Virus record (IMG/VR): IMGVR_UViG_3300008267_000012
Strand: one strand, 5' to 3'
Length of the DNA stretch: 64,000 nt
Source of the DNA: a virus
Taxonomy: Duplodnaviria; Caudoviricetes
In this document: positions 56,346 to 64,000 of the stretch, piece by piece
Position numbering within the stretch: position 1 is the first letter of the stretch
Layout of the letters: each line of letters starts with the position of its first letter
Made by a program: the position numbers and the translations under genes
The notes under the pieces: generated by a model
What the model saw: the letters and a program-made list of their open reading frames with translations, nothing else
Database searches by the model: none
Told to the model about the DNA's origin: nothing

Positions 56346-57251
56346 ATGGCATTAGGTGTTGCAAATATTATAAAACCAGCAACTGTTGATTTAGCAGATG
56401 TTGAAGTATTATATTCATTTACCCCAGATAGGATAACTAAACCAACTAACTTTACAAAAGTTCCAATAACTAATGATATTCTTGAACCAAGATATATTAA
56501 TAGTAACTCAGATGTACCTTTACAAGGTATGTATTTATTAAAACTTAATAGTACTGTTTTTACTTCAGTTGGTTTTTATACAATTATTATTAGACCAAAA
56601 CAAATTACAGTCACAATTTTAGATTGTGGTGTATTATCTCAATTACCCGACCAAAAAGGTATTGTTCTTGATACAAATGAACAAGCAATCTCTGAATTGG
56701 GTTCAAAATTAGTACCAGGTGGATTATCAGGTTATAGAATAGAATATCTTGATGATAATGGTTTATTGGTAAATAACCTTTTTACAACTGTTTCTTTCTC
56801 AAATCGTTGTGAACCTATTAGTCAAGCATCACAATCAACAACTCAAAAATCAATAGTTTATAGGTTAAATGATGTAGGTAGTCTTTTATATCTTTCAGTT
56901 ACACCTGCAACTAGCCCATCAATAAAACCAAATGCATTTCCTTATATTGGTATTGCAGGTCAAAAAATAATTATGTCAAATACTTATTTTGACCAACAAG
57001 TAATTGATATTGAATTAAGTGAATATGATTTAAAGAAAATTGCTCTTCTTGTTAATGGTGAGAGAACACTTAATGTTGAAACAGGTATTGAAAATATTTA
57101 TGATGATAGTAAAAATATTTTAGCACAATCAACTTTATATGATATTAAGGATGAATTTCAAAATCCTTTATATAAAGTTAAGCAAAATAATACTGATATT
57201 AATCAAAGTGAAACTTGGACTAGTATTACTGATGGTGTTGTGAATCAATAG
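56346..57251 (+). CDS. Hypothetical structural protein
   Basis: 301 aa, beta-rich; CTATTTAA upstream. Confidence 0.6.
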   Translation: MALGVANIIKPATVDLADVEVLYSFTPDRITKPTNFTKVPITNDILEPRYINSNSDVPLQGMYLLKLNSTVFTSVGFYTIIIRPKQITVTILDCGVLSQLPDQKGIVLDTNEQAISELGSKLVPGGLSGYRIEYLDDNGLLVNNLFTTVSFSNRCEPISQASQSTTQKSIVYRLNDVGSLLYLSVTPATSPSIKPNAFPYIGIAGQKIIMSNTYFDQQVIDIELSEYDLKKIALLVNGERTLNVETGIENIYDDSKNILAQSTLYDIKDEFQNPLYKVKQNNTDINQSETWTSITDGVVNQ

Positions 57252-58158
57252 ATTCTTGGTTAGCAACCATTATATCATGAACCCTTTTTATCATCTCCAT
57301 TAAATTTGGAACGGTATCGTAATTTTTTATTTCATCACTATTAACCCACATATAACCTGTGTGTTCGTCATTTAATTTAATCTTATCGCTATTCGTTACT
57401 TTTGAAACAAATACATATAAAAATGTACTATCTTCAATAGTTGAATATACAAGTTTTGGTTTCTTTAATGTTAAATTTGTTTCTTCTTTTGCTTCTCTGA
57501 TTATACACTCTTCAGGAATTTCATTTTCTTCAACACCACCACCAATTAAAGCAAACTTACCTGCCATCCAATTATCGTTTTCTGACCTTCTTACCAATAA
57601 TAATTTATTCTCTTCGTTAAATACAATACATACACAAGCAAATTTTAATTTAATTGGTAAATTTAAATCTAGGTTTTCACTTTCCATAATTGCTCTTGGT
57701 TTTAAATCTTTAATCATGTTTTTAACTTTTGGCATTTCAGGGGCTTTTACAAAATCTTTTGTATGTGTTTTTCTAAACTGATTTGAAAAACCACCAAACT
57801 TAGTTTTTACTTTTTTACTTCTTTGAATTGGATTTCTTAAACTTTTTAATTGGTTTTCAACCCAAATTTTCATTTTATCCCCACCTAAAAACATTAAATC
57901 ATTTTTCTTTTGTTGTCTTTGTAATTCTCTTTCCTCTGCTTTTAAATCAACATCCGTTTCTTCAGCACTATCAAATATACCTTTAATTCTTTTTAAATTT
58001 TCATAAGATAAAAATTTGGTTCTCACAATATTCTTCCCCTTTTGTTTTGTTGATGCAGGAGTATTTTTATTTTTAATTAAACGGAAATTAATCTCATCAA
58101 TAACATGTTGAGGAACTTTGTAATAGGTATTTTTACCGCTTAATTTTGAATTAGCCAT
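57226..58158 (-). CDS. Nudix hydrolase with basic N-terminal extension
   Basis: Nudix box GGVEENEIPEECIIREAKEETNL; EHTGYMWV. Confidence 0.88.
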   Translation of the reverse strand: MANSKLSGKNTYYKVPQHVIDEINFRLIKNKNTPASTKQKGKNIVRTKFLSYENLKRIKGIFDSAEETDVDLKAEERELQRQQKKNDLMFLGGDKMKIWVENQLKSLRNPIQRSKKVKTKFGGFSNQFRKTHTKDFVKAPEMPKVKNMIKDLKPRAIMESENLDLNLPIKLKFACVCIVFNEENKLLLVRRSENDNWMAGKFALIGGGVEENEIPEECIIREAKEETNLTLKKPKLVYSTIEDSTFLYVFVSKVTNSDKIKLNDEHTGYMWVNSDEIKNYDTVPNLMEMIKRVHDIMVANQESIDSQHHQ

Positions 58159-58676
58159 TAAAAACTATCAATTAGTCTACTATTTTTATTCATTATTTTT
58201 TTACACAATTTGTGTTTAGCCTCTTGTGGTAATTCTTCAATATTTATATTTTTAATTAATTCAGAAAATAAATTAAATATTGCTTTTAATTTACTCGGTT
58301 CTTCAGGAATTAATTTTACTATATTTTCAATAGAAGATACTAAATCATCATTTTCAAAATGTGTGTCATCAACTAAATCACCGTTTAAATCATCATCTTT
58401 TGAAAGAATTGAATCTTCTGATACAATACCTAAGAATAATCCTGGAGGTGCTAAAATAGATGACCTTTGCGTTGCATTTGCCATTTGTCTAGCAACTCTA
58501 TCTGAAGTGTTAACAACATATATTTCAGCATTACCCATAGGTGAATCACCAATTTCAGGAATAGTATATGTATCATCTAAAATACCTTCTTCAATTTCTT
58601 TTTTTGGTTTTTTATCTTTTGATTCAACCGTTTTATTTGCTAACTCAGCTATTTTTTTTAACTTATCCTCTTTCAT
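58158..58676 (-). CDS. Acidic hypothetical protein
   Basis: 172 aa; CTATTTAT upstream; TAATG coupling to the Nudix gene. Confidence 0.7.
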   Translation of the reverse strand: MKEDKLKKIAELANKTVESKDKKPKKEIEEGILDDTYTIPEIGDSPMGNAEIYVVNTSDRVARQMANATQRSSILAPPGLFLGIVSEDSILSKDDDLNGDLVDDTHFENDDLVSSIENIVKLIPEEPSKLKAIFNLFSELIKNINIEELPQEAKHKLCKKIMNKNSRLIDSF

Positions 58677-58710
58677 TAGATAACTATTTTATATAAATAG
58701 TTATTTTGTT

Positions 58711-59703
58711 TTAAATGTAAGGTTCATAAGGTGGATATGGTCTTCTCCATCTATTTAAAGGTCCAAGTTTTAAATTTAATTTAGCAAGACCAGCTCCAGC
58801 ATCTGGTGTATTCTCTGTTGTTGTATATGCATATTTTGTTGTTAATTTTGGATATGTTAAATTTATTGTGCTTGATGAACTATTTCCACCAAATTTTTGA
58901 TACATTGGTATATAAAACAATATATCAGATTGATTAATATTAGGTGTATCAGTTTCTCCTTCAAATAAATGCCAATAATTATCATATTTATACATTTTTT
59001 GTGCAAATAATTCAAATTCAGTAGGTGTCATAGTTGTTTTTGCCATACCAAAATTATGTACATTCATATTCATACCCATAGCTTGAATAGCACCACCGAA
59101 CCCACCTTTATAAAGAAATTTAATATTATTTAAATATATAAACGGTAAGCCGTATACGGCACTTGGATGAACTTTCTTATAATTATTCATATATGTTGTA
59201 AATGCACTTATTTGATTAAAATTTTTACTAGGTTCTTTATAAACCAATAAATTAAAACTACTTATACCTGTGCTTGCGGTTGATGGAACTATCCTAACAT
59301 TACTTTCTGTAACCCCTGGAATTAAATCTCTATAAGGTATTGAAGACCATGAACTACCACCTAAATTTAATGACATATATGGTGGTTGTATACCCGATGC
59401 TTCAAAAGTGACTGTAAAAGATGATTGAGTTATACTATAATAAGAAAGTCCATCTGTTGTAAAAAAATAACCTGCATTTAAATTAGTACCACCTGTACTA
59501 AGATTTAAAATATTAAATCTTGCCCAAAAAATAAAACCTTCTGTTTCAAGAATTTTTTCATTATTAAAACCATTTAAAAATATAGCGCATCTATCTATAA
59601 CATTTGCTCCGCTTATAGCATAAACACTACCAAAACCGTTTTTATAACCTACACCTTCTTGTGTTGCTCCTGAATTGTATAATAATCCTACAAAATTTTC
59701 CAT
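58711..59703 (-). CDS. Putative tail/receptor-binding protein, paralogue 1
   Basis: N-terminal YKNGFGS and C-terminal GPLNRWRRPYPPYEPYI shared with 59715. Confidence 0.55.
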   Translation of the reverse strand: MENFVGLLYNSGATQEGVGYKNGFGSVYAISGANVIDRCAIFLNGFNNEKILETEGFIFWARFNILNLSTGGTNLNAGYFFTTDGLSYYSITQSSFTVTFEASGIQPPYMSLNLGGSSWSSIPYRDLIPGVTESNVRIVPSTASTGISSFNLLVYKEPSKNFNQISAFTTYMNNYKKVHPSAVYGLPFIYLNNIKFLYKGGFGGAIQAMGMNMNVHNFGMAKTTMTPTEFELFAQKMYKYDNYWHLFEGETDTPNINQSDILFYIPMYQKFGGNSSSSTINLTYPKLTTKYAYTTTENTPDAGAGLAKLNLKLGPLNRWRRPYPPYEPYI

Positions 59704-59714
59704 AATATTAATTT

Positions 59715-60761
59715 TTAAATGTAAGGGTCATAAGGTGGATATGGTTTTTTCCATATGTTATATGGACCTTTATATACTGAAGCAGATTGTGTTGGTTGAT
59801 TTGCTTGATAATTTGTTGTACCTGTTGATACAAAATCTGCTATAGGTGATTGTAAATTTGCTGCGGATACATTACCTAAAACTAGTTCAATATAAAATTT
59901 TTTACTAGGATTATAATAATCTCTAATATCTTTTCCCTCTTTTAAATATAATGGAAAATAATAAACTGCATTAGTTGGATTAACACTATATGCTGTTGGT
60001 AATAAATGTATATAATTATCAACTCTATGTAATTCAGTAACTAAATTATCAATATATGTTGTTGTTAATCCTGTGTCAAGTTTAAAAACAGAATTATTAA
60101 ATACATACATTGGTACTGTTCTACTAAAAGGAAACGCAGTGCCAAAACTTCCACCAAAATAAATATCATTAAATGTAACTGATGATAATTGATTTAATGG
60201 TATTCTAGCAGTATTTCCATCATAAATAACACTTCCAGCATTTGTAAGTGTTTTAAGTTCACCATTCATATAAAATCTATATGAGGATGCTGCTGTAAAA
60301 GGACCTTCATTTTTATATAATGTAAAATTATATACTTTATTTCTATATATTTGATTAGTTGGAACTATAGCATTATAAGCTAGAATTATACCGCCCTGTC
60401 CTCCTTCATTAGCAATAAAGTTAAAATAAACATATCTTCCATTTTGAAAATTAAAGTTCATATGGAGTATATTTGTGATTGGTCCATCACCTCTATAAAC
60501 TACAGTAGGTGCATTAGTAACTCCACCATATATATCAGAACCAGTTACAGCTTCAGGTAATATTCTATATGTCCATATAAAAGGTTCATTTGCTAAAATT
60601 GTTTTACTTATACCACTAATTCTTGGTGTACGATTTTGATAAAATGTTTTTGCTGTATATGCACTATCTCCACCAACCCCTGCGAAAAGAAAACTTATAC
60701 TTCCAACTCTTAAAGCACTTCCAAAACCACTTTTATATTGTAATCCTAAATTATTTGGCAT
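59715..60761 (-). CDS. Putative tail/receptor-binding protein (ConA/LamG-like), paralogue 2
   Basis: YKSGFGS...YRFYMNGE...IYFGG...GPYNIWKKPYPPYDPYI. Confidence 0.55.
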   Translation of the reverse strand: MPNNLGLQYKSGFGSALRVGSISFLFAGVGGDSAYTAKTFYQNRTPRISGISKTILANEPFIWTYRILPEAVTGSDIYGGVTNAPTVVYRGDGPITNILHMNFNFQNGRYVYFNFIANEGGQGGIILAYNAIVPTNQIYRNKVYNFTLYKNEGPFTAASSYRFYMNGELKTLTNAGSVIYDGNTARIPLNQLSSVTFNDIYFGGSFGTAFPFSRTVPMYVFNNSVFKLDTGLTTTYIDNLVTELHRVDNYIHLLPTAYSVNPTNAVYYFPLYLKEGKDIRDYYNPSKKFYIELVLGNVSAANLQSPIADFVSTGTTNYQANQPTQSASVYKGPYNIWKKPYPPYDPYI

Positions 60762-60762
60762 A

Positions 60763-61818
60763 TTAATTTAATATCTCAATTGTTGTATTTGTAATACCAA
60801 TTGTACTACCTGGATTGGTAGTAATTCCTGATAATTGTATATAATATTGTTTTGTTGTATCTAAAGTTATAGTTGCCCCTGTTGCTAAATCTTGATACCC
60901 ACCATTATTCATTAAATAACCATGTACATTTATTAAACCACTAGTTCCAATATCTCTACAAACAAAATCAATTTCAGTTGAGAATGTCTTAGTTGCTGTT
61001 CCTGATGCTTGAATTGTTGATGAAAAAATTACTGTGGATGTGTTTGCGGTATCTATTAATCTTAAACCTAATGTAATAGCTTCTGAACTTGGTACTAGAT
61101 TATATCCCTTTGCTTTAAATCTGACAGTCTTACCTTTAACTAAAAAATTAGGAGGTAAAGTTCTTGTTCCAATAAATGTTGTATATGAACTATATTCAGG
61201 TAATAAGTTTCTAGAAGTGCTTGATGCTGTGAAACTTGATATAATTGAATAAATACTAGCCGAATTTATTTCATCAATTCCATTATGTGGATTTTTATAT
61301 TGTTGTTGTTGATTATCATATGGAAATACCATAGGTACAGCATATGTGTTACCTAATGTACTTGTTGCGTTTCCTACAACAGTATATGCTGAAATTTGTT
61401 GAAATTTTGCAAAAGTAACAGAATTATCTTCATAGCAATTTGTTCGTGTTTGACTCCAAACAAGTGTTGAACCACTTCTATTTAAAACTGTGTCTAATAC
61501 AGTTGCTTGAAATGAACCAGTAAGACCTGATGTTGATTGTGGTCTACCAATAACTGATGTTGATAAGCCTGTTATTATTGCTGCTGAACCTCCTGATACA
61601 TTATTTACTACAGTTGCAGGTTGTCCTGAAATAACAAAAACATCACCTTGTTTATAAACTGTAGTTGAACCAGCACCTGTAATATTATTAAAGAAAAATT
61701 CTGTTGTTGATGCTGAAATATAATTATTTATACCATTACCAATAAACTGAATACCCCCAATAGAACCTCCTCCTCCACTACCTTTTATATTTTGTAATTG
61801 ATGTCCTGCTACTGCCAT
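60763..61818 (-). CDS. Putative tail fibre protein
   Basis: Gly/Ser/Thr-rich beta sequence; ends TTIEILN like the 63700 ORF. Confidence 0.6.
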   Translation of the reverse strand: MAVAGHQLQNIKGSGGGGSIGGIQFIGNGINNYISASTTEFFFNNITGAGSTTVYKQGDVFVISGQPATVVNNVSGGSAAIITGLSTSVIGRPQSTSGLTGSFQATVLDTVLNRSGSTLVWSQTRTNCYEDNSVTFAKFQQISAYTVVGNATSTLGNTYAVPMVFPYDNQQQQYKNPHNGIDEINSASIYSIISSFTASSTSRNLLPEYSSYTTFIGTRTLPPNFLVKGKTVRFKAKGYNLVPSSEAITLGLRLIDTANTSTVIFSSTIQASGTATKTFSTEIDFVCRDIGTSGLINVHGYLMNNGGYQDLATGATITLDTTKQYYIQLSGITTNPGSTIGITNTTIEILN

Positions 61819-61842
61819 TTATATATTTTTATATAAATAGTC

Positions 61843-62289
61843 TTAATCTAAAATTGACAAAAGATGATTTGGTTTGGTTTTCCACCATTCCTTTTCATTC
61901 ATAATAAACCCGATTGATTGAAAACAATTAACACTTAACTTATTATGATTTATATCTAATAAATACTTTAAATATCTTGCATTATAGTTTGCTCCTAATA
62001 ACTTATTAAATCTTTCTTTTACACCAATAGTGACTTTAAATCTTTTAACTAATAACTTTCTTTGAAGAGTTTGTTGTTCTTCAATAAACTTATCAACTGT
62101 TTTTGAAACAATGAATCCTGAAGCTATAGCTTCGCAAACAAATAATTTACCATTAAAATCTCTTATTAAAAGACAATGATTGTATTTTGATTTTAAAAAA
62201 AATCTTATTAAAAAGTAAAAGATTTTATTAAAGATTGAAATACCTTTTTCATTTCTAACAAATACAATATCCCAATCTTTAAACTGCAT
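61843..62289 (-). CDS. Permuted papain-like (YiiX/YaeF, NlpC/P60 superfamily) protein
   Basis: DIVFVR...SKYNHCLL...VCEA...GANY...NCFQSI: His before Cys. Confidence 0.7.
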   Translation of the reverse strand: MQFKDWDIVFVRNEKGISIFNKIFYFLIRFFLKSKYNHCLLIRDFNGKLFVCEAIASGFIVSKTVDKFIEEQQTLQRKLLVKRFKVTIGVKERFNKLLGANYNARYLKYLLDINHNKLSVNCFQSIGFIMNEKEWWKTKPNHLLSILD

Positions 62290-62290
62290 T

Positions 62291-62701
62291 TTAAATCCAT
62301 GTTACAATTTGTGCAATATTATAATCGTTAAATCTTTGATATGAATCTGCTCTTGATATCATTTGTTCCGATAAATCATCAATTGCAATAGGATTTGCAG
62401 CAATAACATTGATAAAATAATTAGCTTCTCCAATAGCATTTGGAAATGATGAATCAACATAATCCCCTGTTGCAGGGTCAACCCATGTTGAATTATCTGC
62501 CCTTAATTTAAAAATATAATCAGGAATTAAAGAGTATGGTTCATCAATACCATTTTCTTCCTTATAATGCTTTACTAAAACTCTAAAATCAACATAAACT
62601 AAACTAGGATGATTGTATTCATCTGTTATAATATTTGCCCTTTTTGCTTTTCTTTTTATTGTGTTGTCTAGTGGGTGATTTGTTATATTTATTAAGTCCA
62701 T
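62291..62701 (-). CDS. Hypothetical protein (probably virion)
   Basis: 136 aa; CTATTTAT upstream. Confidence 0.65.
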   Translation of the reverse strand: MDLINITNHPLDNTIKRKAKRANIITDEYNHPSLVYVDFRVLVKHYKEENGIDEPYSLIPDYIFKLRADNSTWVDPATGDYVDSSFPNAIGEANYFINVIAANPIAIDDLSEQMISRADSYQRFNDYNIAQIVTWI

Positions 62702-62721
62702 AATTTTATTATAAATAGTAT

Positions 62722-63696
62722 TTATGAATAATTACCATTATATACAATTGGTTCATTAGGTTTATTACGAAAATTATATTTATGTAAAAAATAATTATGC
62801 ATTCTTCTAACACCATTAAGGTCTAATGCTTCACCATCACTAAGAATAACTTCATTTAATTCAGATTGAAAACCTGACCCAGAAGCTTGAGACCCACCAA
62901 ATCCATAAAACGTATATCCTAGCATACTTGCTGACCTAAATATTGGTAATGTAACACCTGACATTGCAGTATTTGTATTATTTCCACTAGTTATTAAATT
63001 ATCATTTATGTAACAAAAAAAGTTCCTATTATTATCTAATACAAATGTTGCTGAAAAATATCTACCGCTATTTTTAGTATTTAAACCATCTACATCTATA
63101 TTTATAATTTGTAGACCACCAACATATACATTAATATTAACAACAGGAAGATAACCTGATTCCAAACCACCTGTCACACCTAAACCATTATCAGGTGTAG
63201 TTATGAATGAAAATCTAGCTGCCGTTAATACTGTAGTACCAAAATTTGCAATATTTGATTTAGTACCAGTGCTAGTAAGTCTAAAAAAGGCACTAAATGT
63301 AAAAGCTGTTTTATTTGTACTTTGATAACCTGAAAGAGTTCTTAGAGCAGCTTGTGCTTGTGCTGTATTACCAGCATTACATACATGTGAATTTTTATTT
63401 GTATTTATTGTATTGGCAGAAAAAAAACTAGAATTATTAATAGTAGCACTTGTTGGGTTAACTGGATTTCTTAGGTCATATAGTGGGTAATTTTGCACTT
63501 TATTCCTCACATATCTAATAACATCACCATTATTAATAGGTATTGTGCCACCACTATCACTATATAATGTACTTCTATCATTAAAATCCCACCAAATAGT
63601 TAATCCACTTTGAAATAATTGTTGAGGTGTATAAATAGGTGATATAAAATTATTGGATATCATTGTATATGAATTTCCTGAAATATCTGTTAACAT
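62722..63696 (-). CDS. Putative tail protein with LamG/ConA-like domain
   Basis: WWDFNDRSTLY...GDVIRYVRNK...CYINDNL...ELNEVIL...YFLHKY. Confidence 0.65.
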   Translation of the reverse strand: MLTDISGNSYTMISNNFISPIYTPQQLFQSGLTIWWDFNDRSTLYSDSGGTIPINNGDVIRYVRNKVQNYPLYDLRNPVNPTSATINNSSFFSANTINTNKNSHVCNAGNTAQAQAALRTLSGYQSTNKTAFTFSAFFRLTSTGTKSNIANFGTTVLTAARFSFITTPDNGLGVTGGLESGYLPVVNINVYVGGLQIINIDVDGLNTKNSGRYFSATFVLDNNRNFFCYINDNLITSGNNTNTAMSGVTLPIFRSASMLGYTFYGFGGSQASGSGFQSELNEVILSDGEALDLNGVRRMHNYFLHKYNFRNKPNEPIVYNGNYS

Positions 63697-63699
63697 ATT

Positions 63700-64000
63700 T
63701 TAATTTAAAATTTCTAAAGTTGATTCATTAATTATTATTGAACTGCCTGAATCGGCTACATCAAATTGTACAGTACAATCAAATACTTGATTTGTTGTTG
63801 TTGTTATTGTTTGATTTTGAGAATATATACCAAATATAACAGGGTCTCCACCAATTGTTGATGGTGGGGCTGTGGGGAATACTATTTTTCCACTACCAAA
63901 AATTAATCCTGAATTTCTTACCGTAAAAGTAGAATCAATCTCAATATCCCCATCATAAGGATTTATTGACCCAAAAAAACTAATAGTTGATGAACTAGAA
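63700..64000 (-). CDS. C-terminal part of a tail-fibre-like protein, start outside window
   Basis: Own translation ...EIDSTFTVRNSG...FDCTVQFDVADSGSSIIINESTLEILN*. Confidence 0.65.
   Translation of the reverse strand, partial: SSSSTISFFGSINPYDGDIEIDSTFTVRNSGLIFGSGKIVFPTAPPSTIGGDPVIFGIYSQNQTITTTTNQVFDCTVQFDVADSGSSIIINESTLEILN

Noticed and set aside
57226-57251. Convergent overlap and TAG stop of 56346 as a sign of readthrough
   Set aside because: Reading through meets another stop within a few codons; it is an ordinary tail-to-tail overlap.
58711-59768. Diversity-generating retroelement TR/VR pair
   Set aside because: The similar stretch is short, both copies are gene ends, differences are not confined to adenines, and no reverse transcriptase is in the window.
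1112-61252. Short opposite-strand or nested ORFs in the track (e.g. 1112, 1213, 2116, 2904, 3138, 3431, 10816, 12178, 14443, 28101, 37332, 42781, 43498, 57359, 58210, 61034)
   Set aside because: They lie antisense to or inside well-supported genes, are L/F/I-rich shadows of AT-rich codons, and have no motifs.
1-64000. Stop-codon reassignment, as in some Bacteroidota phages
   Set aside because: Long genes read through intact in code 11 and coding density is high; the only break (24860) is a TAA with a frame change.
1-64000. tRNA, rRNA or CRISPR array
   Set aside because: No T-loop/cloverleaf, rRNA-like tract or regularly spaced repeat-spacer series seen by eye; intergenic gaps are short. tRNAscan-SE was not run.

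Overview
64 kb of a very AT-rich, gene-dense, standard-code genome that reads as a large tailed phage of Bacteroidota. Support: Bacteroidota-type TAnnTTTG promoters, a Bacteroidota-like PyrF, lipoproteins and secreted modules, and tail-like genes; no capsid or terminase gene lies in this window. Most genes are on the minus strand. Layout: 1-10.5 kb, early accessory region of small paralogous ORFs, including two attC-like integron-type cassettes at 2.5-3.2 kb; 0-31 kb, scattered nucleotide genes (pyrF, a PyrE-like PRTase, purB, purA, a frameshifted dATP/dGTP diphosphohydrolase-HAD fusion) with RNA ligase, AAA ATPase, ParB-like and GT2/methyltransferase genes; 32-33 kb, HNH nuclease and endolysin; 33.4-49.1 kb, a tandem array of five signal-peptide proteins that, with a sixth gene at 15.9-19.0 kb, share a Cys-containing C-terminal domain I do not recognise and carry active or dead metzincin proteases; 51-64 kb, SNF2 helicase, WYL, Nudix and probable virion/tail genes under a second promoter motif (CTATTTA). 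Best candidates for an undescribed system: (1) the secreted protease/adhesin family with a shared phage-specific C-terminal domain, and (2) the integron-type cassette array in a phage. All assignments are by-eye motif recognition; no database search was run.
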